NCBI GenBank assembly: GCA_951804945.1
Contig: OX638153.1
Span: forward strand, 30,938,001-31,002,000
DNA: 64,000 nt
Reading direction: 5' to 3'
From: Podarcis cretensis
Taxonomy: Eukaryota
Made by a program: the position numbers and the translations under genes
The notes under the pieces: generated by a model
Database searches by the model: none
The model's input: the letters and a program-made list of their open reading frames with translations, nothing else
Told to the model about the DNA's origin: nothing
In this document: piece by piece, positions 12,196 through 22,877 of the stretch
Layout of the letters: every line of letters starts with the position of its first letter
Position numbering within the stretch: the stretch's first letter is position 1

Positions 12196-14326
12196 AAGCT
12201 TATGACCCATGCAAATTGGCAAACCAGTAAACCTGTTAAGATGAGTGATCCACCCCTGAAAAGATCATCTGGAAAATATCCTTTGGAAGCATGTCACAGC
12301 AAAATCTCCATCCATGTGCAATTGTTTTGTATGCCATCAAAATAACCGCCTAATCTGAAGAAGCTCCTGGCAAAGGAGGACAGTAACCTCATTCAGCTGA
12401 TGCTGAAGGAGGCCTCAAGGACTTGGAGGACACAGTCGAGTGTCCCATGTGACCTGCCCCACATCTCCTAAGCTAGTCTGTGGCCCTCAGGTGTGAGGAT
12501 GAAATAAGATTCTACTGCCAGTTGACTTCTGCACATGGAATGGGAGGTGGTCGCAATGCTGGCCTTTGCCTCAGGCAGCAAAATATCTTGGGCAGCCCTG
12601 AAAAACAGTGTTGGTCGGTGCTTGCTGTCAGGAGATACAACTGCACTGATTCGCCAGATAGGTAAGCTGGGTAAAATAAAGGCAGGCAGGATTGGAGAAA
12701 GCAGACATGTGGGCACTTGCCAAGGAAGTAAGCAGGTACAGGCAGCTTGATAGGACTTTAGTGTTTACTTAAGAGACAAACTGCTCAACCTGGGAAGCCG
12801 GACTGGAGCCTGAGGTTTTATAAGGCCTGGTGAAGCATCACTGCCTTATTATGTCCTCTGACAATTGCTGAGTAGGCAATCTGCAGTACTTCCTTCTAAG
12901 CAGCTGCACTGATGGAGAAGGGCAGAAGCTCTCTCTTCTGGGAAGCTGCCATGTGGCACAAAGGGCTATACAAAACTTGCACCTTACAGACCCGGCAGGG
13001 ATTTGGCTGTGTGTCTATTGCAGTTATTAGAGTCCAGGTAATATGTAACTTTTGCATAAGGTGTTGTCACAGGCTCAGCTACAGAAATAAGGTGAGAAAG
13101 CCACAGAAATGTCTTCACCACTCTTTAGCTGGGATGGATCTCTCATGTTCCATCATTGCTCTGGGAGCAGGTGCCTTTCATCACGGTAAGCTGCTGTCGA
13201 TTTTCTTGGAGCCCAAGAGGATAATTTTTTTGTTGGGGTGGGGGGAAGGAGGCGTGATAATGTTGAACATCAAAAGAAGCCCCCAGCATGCGCGGAAAGG
13301 AGCAGGGTTATTTAATTCCCTTCCAGCTGGGAAAACAGATCAGCCTGTTGATATTTGCCATCCCTAATTACTAACTACTTCAGTGCCTCAGCTTCCCCAT
13401 GTGAAGTCTTGAGAAGTGGAATTCATCTGCCCGTTGGGAGAAGTGCTGTATTTTTCTCTGTTATTTATTTCATCTTTTTTTTTATTGTTGATTCTCCCCC
13501 ATGCTGCTTTCTTTGCTCCTAGTTTACCGAAGCCTTTGAACCCCCTGCAGATGGCTGAAAGCAAATCTGAATATTCAAATTGTTATCAGCTGCCCACCAG
13601 AAGGGACTGGCTTAGCCTGGATCACAACTATCTCCCCCTGTCACACACTGGCCTACAGGAAAAGGTGGGGAGATTCTGGAAGATTTTCCATATTGTTTTA
13701 TAACGAAAGGACTGGCCACCCCACAGAGACAGACGGGACACACACACACACATCCTGGTTCTACCTGGGAAATTATTTGAGGCATACGAAATGAAGAGCA
13801 AGAGAAAATAAAAAGGCAGAATCAGTATAAAATGTGTAAAAAACACTTGGAAGGGGGATATAGAAAACCTCCCTGTTTTCCTCCACTGTGCTTCCAACAT
13901 ACTCCCAGACTGGCATTGCTACACTGGAACACTTACCCTCTCTCTTTTTTCTTTTTGTAAAGCAAATCCAAATAATTGCTATGCTTGCTATGCACAGTTG
14001 CAGGTATAACAGCATCTACACATCACGTTCCTCACTCGATAGCAAATGCAACACTATAAAGTGTTGGGATATTTGAATCATTGCTGTGCATCACATGCAT
14101 AATTAGTTTAATTGTGCAGCAACTTGGGCAATTAAACTGCCACTTTTTAAATGAATCCGACAGTGATGATGCAGTTTCCACTTCCGCAGTGAAAATCAGA
14201 GATGCAAGGCATCCCTCCACTTGCAAAAAGAACAGTTTTGTTAACAACAACAAGAACTTTATCATTTGTACCCCACCCATCTAACTGGGCCACTCTGGGC
14301 AACTTCCAGAATGTACAAAAACAGAT

Positions 14327-14327
14327 A

Positions 14328-14358
<31 letters not shown>

Positions 14359-14387
14359 TCACTCACTCACTCACTCACACACACACG
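14327..14387. repeat. Compound (AC)n(ACTC)n(AC)n microsatellite
   Basis: Direct reading. Confidence 0.95.
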
Positions 14388-17052
14388 TATGTATATAATG
14401 GATATCAATTCCATTCAATTTAGGCTTCATCCATATCTGGCTTATAAACTAAGCATGTGAGGCTGTGATTTCACATGCCTTTCTTTCCTAATCTTCTCCT
14501 TCAACCAGGCTGCAAGCATCTGCCATTCTACAGAACTGCACTTTCCCTCTGTGAAAAGCACAAATGCTTCACTGCTCTTTCTTGTGAAGAAAACAAAACC
14601 AAGGCCAGCAGCAGCCCAATGCCCAGGAAGAACCATAAAAATAATAAACCAAACTTCACAGGCCAACACTTCACAGGAAACCCTACAATAATATATGAAC
14701 CTGACATACCTGCCCAGGAAGGAACAGTTCTCTTTAAAAGCCAGGAACTCATCTTGGATTGAAAGCTGCCATTTCGAAGCATTTATATTATGGATTTATA
14801 TTAAGGACTCCAACACAAGTTTCATCTGTGACAGTGAACTTATAAAAAAGTGGGTGTTGCTATAGCTTCAACTCTCTTGTAAGTCACACTCTGTACAGTC
14901 ACAGCAAGCACTAGCTGCTTCAGGTGGCCATCTCACTCTGCCTAATGGTAGGGCTGGAAGATAACAATTCAGTGCACCACCACATACGTTCATTTACCTG
15001 TGTGTGGAAGCACAAAGCTCCTCACTTCTCTCCTTGATGAGTGTGTGCCATTCTATTTTGGGGAACAGTATGCTCCTCCGTAACTGCTTTACCCCCATTT
15101 AATCCTATCTTCTTTGTAACCAGCCCCACCTGCATGGGAGTAGATGTGTGTTGAGTTACGAGCCCAAAAGACTTGCACATGCGAGAAGTAGCGATTGATA
15201 TGGGAGGTGGACAGCGGCCTCCCATTCAAGGGAACTGTCCAGCTTGCTGCAGCGTATGCACGCTTGAGCATCATTCAGAGGGAAGAGGGAAGAATGCTTT
15301 GCACATGGGCAGCTGTACCCAGTGCTTGTGCCAAGCTATTCTGTACCTTAGGCAATGCTAACTTCTTGCACACACACACCCCTGCCCAAAATGGCTAACT
15401 TTAATTTTCAAAAATGAATCTCTTGTAGAAATGATAGAAAAAGTTCAAAATAAAAAATAAAAGTGAAATATTATCAGAAATGTATAAGCTATAATGAAAG
15501 CTAATCTATAAAATGGTGCTCCTCAAAGGTAATAACGGCACCTCTTTGAGGACTGTGCCCAAGGCGGCTGCCTAGTTGCCCTAATGATAGCACCAGCCCC
15601 AGCTGTTCCCATGAAGAGACTGATCGTGCCCATTTTTTCTGCAGCCCCGTGAGCCATAATGCCCAGCGTGTGTATGCAGATAGTGATTAATAAATTGAAA
15701 TTAACCCCAGTAAAAATGTGGTGATAATAAATTCACAAATACCTGCAATAAAGGTTATGATATAATGTTAAGGATCATAGGCATAGCCGGGGAGGGACTG
15801 CCCCCCAAATCAAGTAAATCAATAAAAATACTTAAGTAGCTGAGGTTCAGCACCTACTAAAGAAGGCAAGGCCTGTCTCCAGCAGAAGGGGAACTCAGCA
15901 CAGACAGCTAGATGGTGCCCTGGGGTTGTCTGTTGCCAAAGCATCATTTGAGTCTGGTTACATGGAGCTGTCCAAGGTGCTACCCGGAGCTTAAGTTTGT
16001 GTTCCCAGAACCAGAATTTAGCCCTAAGTTATTCTGACTTGAATAGAAATTGAATTCTGCTTGCTTTGCTTCTCTGGCTGGCCTTGCCAAAACTGGAACT
16101 CTTGCCTGGAACCCCCTCTCCTTGATCTGGAACCCCACCTGCCTGAGACCACCTGGGACAAAACACTGTCTAATTTTCCATGTGTGGTGTCAGAAAATCT
16201 TAAGTGTATAGATTTCCTGTGATTTAACACTCTATTCTTTGATTCATTTAATTGAAGCACAATCAAGTGACCACATACAGAGCTGGGAAAAATAAAAGAA
16301 ACCATCTTTCTATCTAAAAAAGGTATGGGGAGGTGGGCTGTAAGCTAACAAAGAACAGATTAGAAGACCATTTTCGTACACTTCGTTACAGAAGCAGCAT
16401 TTTAGACTTTGAGATGATTGACTAGTGATTTTCCCACCATTTGTTCAATAACAAAGAAGCTGTGATTAGCTTAAGGACGGTCCCTGTTGTTCAAGAGGAA
16501 GACAAGGGAAGTTTTTCAAAGAGCAAGTACTCAGCCTCTGTCACAAATCTATGCAAGTGACTTTGTTGGCAAAGTGAACCACTTTGTTAATATAAGGGTT
16601 TCCACAATGAATTATAGACAAAATGCTACCTGTTTCCCTGGCAATGCATTATGCACCATCAGCACGTGAATCTTCTCAGGATGACTGTAAGAACCTTGCT
16701 CAGGTGGGTCTGCAGCCAGCCAGTTGTGTTCCAGTTCAATGGAATGCAAAACTATAAGTTTGGCCGCAGCTTTTTCTTTTACAAAACTGTCTTGGGTATA
16801 ATTGATGACCACAAGGCTCTTGTGACTATTCTGTTTTTGACATTATGTAGCTGAAATGATTATGTGGCTCAAACTGCTATCTAATATACCAGATTCTTCA
16901 CTTCAAGGACATGCTGGCATAGCCTGTATGGAGATAACTTTCTCTTGGGTCAAAGGATGACCACGTTTTCCAAGCCAAATATCAAAGATTCAAATGCAGC
17001 AAATTTTGGGACCCTAATCAAAGCAGAATTCTCACTTGCAAAAGGATATGTA

Positions 17053-17491
17053 CCGTATTTTTCACTCTATAGGACAAACTTTTTCCCCTCCAAAAATTAA
17101 GGGGAAATGTGTGTGCATCCTATGGAGCGAATGTAGGCTCCTTGGCTTCAGCGATAGCAACGTGAAGCCTCCGAAGTGCAGAGGGAGCGCTCCCTCCACG
17201 CTCTGGAGGCTTCATGTTGCTTTCGCTGGAGCCTGGAGAGGGAGAGGGGTCAGCTTCGGGTTCCTTTTGCTGAAGCTAGGAGAGCAAGACTCTCCTGGCT
17301 TCAGCAGAGAGGGAGAGCTGTGCAGCGCCCTTCAGCGAAGCGGGAGGAGAAATGGAAGGGGCTCCATTTCTCCTGCCACTTCGCTGAAGGGGTGCTGAGC
17401 AGAGAGGGGGAGATTTTTTTTTCTTGTTCTCCCTCTCTAAAACAAGGTGCGTCCTATGGTCGGGTGCGTCCTATAGAGCAAAAAAGTACGG
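17053..17491. mobile_element. Non-autonomous Tc1/mariner-superfamily (Tc2/pogo-like) DNA transposon, MITE
   Basis: Imperfect terminal inverted repeats (TIRs) ccgtatttttcactctataggac / gtcctatagagcaaaaaagtacgg; left flank TA, right flank TG (probably mutated TA); CpG-rich interior with repeated ttcagcga/tcgctgaa motifs. Confidence 0.8.
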
Positions 17492-18136
17492 TGATTCTTT
17501 GCCATTTGGCAGCTGGGTGGGGTGCAATGGGAACATGGGGACATTGCTAAGGGAAATAGGGCAGTGCCCCCTCATCCAAACCAAACCAAATCACACTTAG
17601 TTGACTATGTGGGGCAGAACACAGACTGCAATGAGCATTCAAGTGATTGTCCAAACCTGCATGTACCATTCAGCATGAGATGATTGGAAACTGAGGCTGA
17701 CACAGAGTCAAAGGATCACCTGAATAGGCTCAACCGCCTTTCACACATCAAATGCATCTAGAGTCCAAGCAAGTTCTATCTTCATTGTCTATCCCTCCTT
17801 TTTCTTGTGTTGAGATTTTCTCTTGTGCTCAGCTATTCCCTCCCTCCTTCCTGCTTTCCTGGGGCTATCTGCTGAATTCCACACACGCATGCACAGACAG
17901 GGATCAATCCGAGGCTGACTCGCCTTCAGCTTATCTCTGCTCCAAATGATTGATTTTCCCTCTTTAAGGGTAATTTGCTGGTGAATTCCATGTATTGCAA
18001 AAACCCCTGTGAAATCTAATTCATTCCGATTGGCAGCTAGCACTTTTGGGAAAGAATACTACAGAGTCGTCCATTATTCTTTACGGTTATGATCCATGTA
18101 ATGCATTTATACTGCATATGTGTGAATTTTAATGCA

Positions 18137-18143
18137 CGCGCGC

Positions 18144-18186
<43 letters not shown>
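18137..18186. repeat. (GC)n-(AC)n microsatellite
   Basis: Direct reading. Confidence 0.95.
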
Positions 18187-18188
<2 letters not shown>

Positions 18189-20570
18189 TACACTCATATA
18201 TATAAAATAATCTGCATGTCAAGACAGTAATTATATGATGGAGAGCTCAAAGGCTTGCCACTATTTTGTGACACTTTGTTTGCTCCTAATAAATATATTA
18301 TCCAACTGTGAATTTTGGAGTGGCTGGCTGTGATGTAACTTAAATCTTAATACTAACAAACACAGTTTGCATAAGTCCAGTTCTGACTCACCACAGAAAT
18401 CTCTTTTCCCCAGTCTGAGGAATGTAAAAAATGGGAGAAGGAAAAAAGGAGGAGAACTCCCTTGGCCCCTCCAGTCTTCCAGAGATGTGCCCTGCCTTGA
18501 AATGTACTGGGAAATGGTATGACCATTCATCATTCTGGTTGGGCCTGATGGGAGCAGGAATCCAACAACATATGGGGGGTGCCACAGGCTCTTCGCCCCT
18601 ATACTCAGGCTGTGAAATTTTGGACAGGGGGACTGATTTCTGGCTTTTCAATTTGGGACATGATCTTGATTCTGTAAAGGAAGTATCATAGCAAATAATG
18701 CAACTATTTGCATTATAGCAGTCTCATTAAAGTTTCCAATGTATAGAATGATTGGATATGGAATCAAGCCATTGTGGTGCAATGAATGGAGCTCAAATCC
18801 CTGTCAAGCTATGATGAAACTCTGCAGGTGCCCTTAAGCGACCACTGTTTCTTAGCCTAATCTACCTCATGGAGGTTTTGCCAGAATAAAATAAAATGAC
18901 CCCATTTATGCTGCCCTGTGCTCCACAGTGAAAGGAGAGATATGCATGTCAGCATATTCCTTCCTCTAAGGTATTCAGGCCAGTCGTTCTCTCCCAGGTT
19001 AATCTACCTCACAGGGTTAGTGTAATGCTAAAAGGTAAAGCGAGTGTTTGCCACAACCCTTACCGCCTTGGAGCAAGGAGATTATAATAAACAAATGAAT
19101 ACATCAACATCTCATCACTTGATGGAATGTCAATATGGCCATTTACTTATCACATTTTTTTAAAAAAGCCTACCCTTTCCCTGAGGAGTTAAGCGTTGTG
19201 GCGAATGCTTGATTCTACAGTACTTACTGTAGAATTCTGTAATTCTGAACTGCCCACACTTTATTGTGGCAGAGGCAGAATAATTACCCCACTATATGGC
19301 TTTGTGATGGGAGCTGAACTCTTGTGTTCAGTTATTGGCCATTTCTCTGCCAGAAATATGTCAACACAAGTCATGGGATTCAGAGAATGACAACAACAGT
19401 CTGTAAGAGATTGAAACGGTGAGGAAGGATCAAAACAACTTACATGTATGTATATCATGACTAAACTTCAGTATTAATTCATTTCAAAGTTAAAAAATTG
19501 AACTTCCATTTTACAGAAGGAAAAACATTTCTAAAAGCATATTTTGTTTCCCCTAAAGCTGTTGCTAAAAACAACTAAAACTTGTCTTGATCTCAATTGT
19601 CTCGCCATATATTTATTTAGTTGCTTTCGCTGGTGAATTGAACAATTCTCTTTCTGCCCTTAAACAAATGAACTAGGCCAGCTCCTGCTTGAATGCTGAA
19701 ATACTATGATAGGTTCTGTCAGATATGTCCCTGTAAATCTGTGTGTCTTAAATTTTTCTCCCTGTCTTACTTATTGGATTGTTCTTCTAAAAAACCTCTC
19801 CTCTAGCTGTCCACTGTATGAAACACAACTGTCCACTGAAAAATACAATGCTCTGTGGAAATGACAATGTGAAATGTTCATTCCTTTCAGAAGCCATCAC
19901 ATTGGTCTAATCATGGGATAGTTGTTCTCTCCATCTTCTCACTGTCAAAGTTCTGTTGTTGTCTCCCCATAAGTTATGTGGGCCCAAATATGGCACCAAC
20001 ATGTTTCACAACATGGTTTTTGTACTCGGCAGCAGCTTTCTTTATACTCGTGGAAAGGAGGTTTGTCACACTCAGGGCTGCTAAAGCACTGCTTTTCCAC
20101 AATTAGCAAGAAGCTGAATTAAAGCAGAGGTTCCACACAAGAACTCAGTGCTATATTACCTACCAACACACTTTCCAGTAGTCAAGATCCTCCTTTGATC
20201 TTTACTCACAAGCAAGTCTGATTCTGTGAGGTTCCCAGCAATGTTAACTAACATGTTCCTTCTTGTAGGAACTGTTTAAATAATGGCACCCGAGTCCTTA
20301 AATGCCTTGACAGAACTTTGCCTGTCTACATTAGACAGGACTGTGCGTGAAAACGACGTTTTATTTTATTTTTAATCACCACAATCAGTTCTGGAAGGGT
20401 GGAGGAGACAACAGAGAAAACACTGAATGCATCAGGCTGCATGCCACAGCACCCTCAAATCCAGAGAAAGAGGAGACCCTCTAGACTCCAGAACAGCATG
20501 GAAAGTGCCAAAGGGGCGGCAGCAAAATATGATCTTTTCTTTGACAAGGGAATTGTATAATTTTACATTA

Positions 20571-20819
20571 CAGTCGTACCTCCACTTACATATCCCTCTG
20601 GTTATGTAAACTTTGGGATATGTAAATGGCAAACCTGGAAGTACGTTTCCAAGTTTTGCCATGCACGCATGCATAGAAGTGGTAGACCACTTCTGTGCAT
20701 GCGCAGAAGCACTTTACCACCACATGCATGTGTGCAGAAATGGTCCCTCTGGTTGCAGAAACCTCAGGATCTGACCGGAGCTCCAGAATGGATCCTGTCC
20801 GCAATTGGAGGTACCACTG
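20571..20819. mobile_element. Tigger/pogo-like MITE
   Basis: TIRs cagtcgtacctcc / ggaggtaccactg with TA on both flanks; homologous to 32018-32225 and 50137-50284. Confidence 0.85.
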
Positions 20820-21127
20820 TATATCACATGAAAAGCAAAAGGAGGGAAAACAATGTACTTGCTCCCCGCCCCCCTCTCTCTCACACACAGTGTAAATTAT
20901 CAACTTGACCAGTGGCAGCAATCCATTAATGCGATAATGGGAGAAGTTTGGTGCACATTTTAATGACAGTTCACCTAATTCATAGTTCTTCAAACAACAT
21001 ACCAACCAAAATGTAGCTATCCTTCAAAACTCACATATGTGATGCAGCTCCCCAACCAAAAACTGTCTACAAAAAATTATTGAGTTGATCAACATGGTTT
21101 TAATTGATTACTCTAATTCTTTGACTC

Positions 21128-21129
<2 letters not shown>

Positions 21130-21162
<33 letters not shown>
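21130..21162. repeat. (TG)n microsatellite
   Basis: Direct reading. Confidence 0.95.
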
Positions 21163-21165
<3 letters not shown>

Positions 21166-22525
21166 GTCTTAATCCTAAACAAACAAGGAATGGTGGTACT
21201 GTAGTTCTGGGTCTCACTTGCAAGACAATTGCCTCCATTTTACATTTCGAGTATCTTAGAAATTATTGCTGTTTATATATTTATTTATCATTGCTGGGGG
21301 GAAATTGCTGGTGGGCTTTAACAGCCAAACATTTCCATTCCTGAATGGCCAAAAGACCATTTTCCCACATACATTCAGGGACCACTGAGTTGATAGTACC
21401 AACGCGTAGTGAAAATACAGTTGCAAACATTGGGTTGGATCTAGACTTCAGTTCCTCCAGCAGGAGCATCTGAAGATGAAGCTCTGCTTAGGGCTCAAGG
21501 TCCTCCCCTCCCATTACACCCCATAGCATCACCTCTAACACTTTCAGAACAGTATGAGGAGGTGATGATGTGGGTTGCAGAGGGAGTGAAAAACTGGCCA
21601 AAAGAAAAGAAAGTAGCCTCCTTGCTATCTCTGCTAGCAAGTTGGATTAACAGTCTTTCATGAGTAGAAGTCAAAGTCTGTGGTCTAAGTCCAAATTCAG
21701 CCTCCCTCCCACCCCTACCTATCGAACAGGACATGCACTCTCTGCTAGAGCCCTCAATCATTTGCTAAAACAACACAAGAGAAATAAGCACTATCAAAAT
21801 CAGTTCAAGAAAACTGAAACTATTTTAAAAAGTACACAAAAGCAAATGGGAAATGTGAGAAAAACAGGAAAAAGTAAACCAAACTATTCAGCCTAAATGG
21901 GTTTCTGATATGTTAAACATGTTTTCTTGAGATGTAGCACCAACAATAAAGAGGCAGGTAAAATGATCCTGCACCTTCCGTAAAGGAAAGGTTCATTAGT
22001 ATTCACTATACCGATATAGTTTCTGTTTTGGTGTGGCGGCTGGGGAGAGGCAGGGATGCTTTTCAGCAGAGTAAATAAATTATTTCAGCAAGATTCTAAA
22101 AATGATTCTCATTTTCCCCAAGAGGCCTTTTCAGATGAGTAATCCTGCCATTCTATATGCATGCCCATTGTGAGCGCCTGCGTCATTCCCCCTTTCCAGC
22201 ATCACAGTTTCACAAGTACTAATATCTATTTATGCCCCTGCTAGGAAGCAGCATCTATATGCTGACTGCAGCGCTTCTTTCAAATTCTTCCTTTCCAAAG
22301 CAATTGTCTCAGTTTTACATGCGCGTGGGTTTTTGTGTTGTTTTGCAACTCTTGAAAACTACATTTCCCAGATGCTTTGGGGAGTCTCTAAAGCAGCATT
22401 TGGTTCAGCAGTAGCATATACTTTGATAAAAGATTCACTGTCTAACCAAAAGAAAGATCATCATAAGTGCTAAGAAGCATAAGGTGGTGACACCTTAATG
22501 TTTTAATTCCTAAGTGATCCTTTAA

Positions 22526-22877
22526 AAAGGTAAAGGTACCCCTGACCATTAGGTCCAGTCGCAGACGACTCTGGGGTTGCGGCGCTCATCTCGCTCTATA
22601 GGCCGAGGGAGGCAGTGTTTGTCCGCAGACAGCTTCCAGGTCATGTGGCTAGCATGACTAAGCCACTTCTGGAGAACCAGAGCAGAACACGGGAACGCCG
22701 TTTACCTTCCCACTGGAGCGGTACCTATTTATCTACTTGCATGTGCTTTCAAACTGCTAGGTGGGCAGGAGCAGGGACCGAGCAACAGTAGCTCACCCTG
22801 TCACGGGGATTCGAACTGCCGACCTTCTGATCGGCAAGTCCTAGGCTCTGTGGTTTAGACCACAGCACCACACACCC
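22526..22877 (-). mobile_element. Sauria SINE (Squam1)
   Basis: (ACCTTT)n tail seen as aaaggtaaaggta; near-full body; tRNA-like head ggggattcgaactgccgacc. Confidence 0.92.

Noticed and set aside
12240-12465. Coding-like, purine-rich stretch (…NLKKLLAKEDSNLIQLMLKE…)
   Set aside because: Stops in all frames and no protein family I recognise; a BLASTX search would be needed to call a pseudogene.
12912-13367. Longest ORF in the track (151 aa, plus strand)
   Set aside because: No recognisable domain or exon structure; consistent with chance in intronic DNA.
16890-16895. aag|AATCTG|gtatat on minus, encoding Asn-Leu like the human microexon
   Set aside because: Purine-rich acceptor with no pyrimidine tract and a weak donor; probably chance.
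17036-17550. Two overlapping ORFs of 120-124 aa
   Set aside because: They arise from the GC-rich MITE interior; no transposase motifs.
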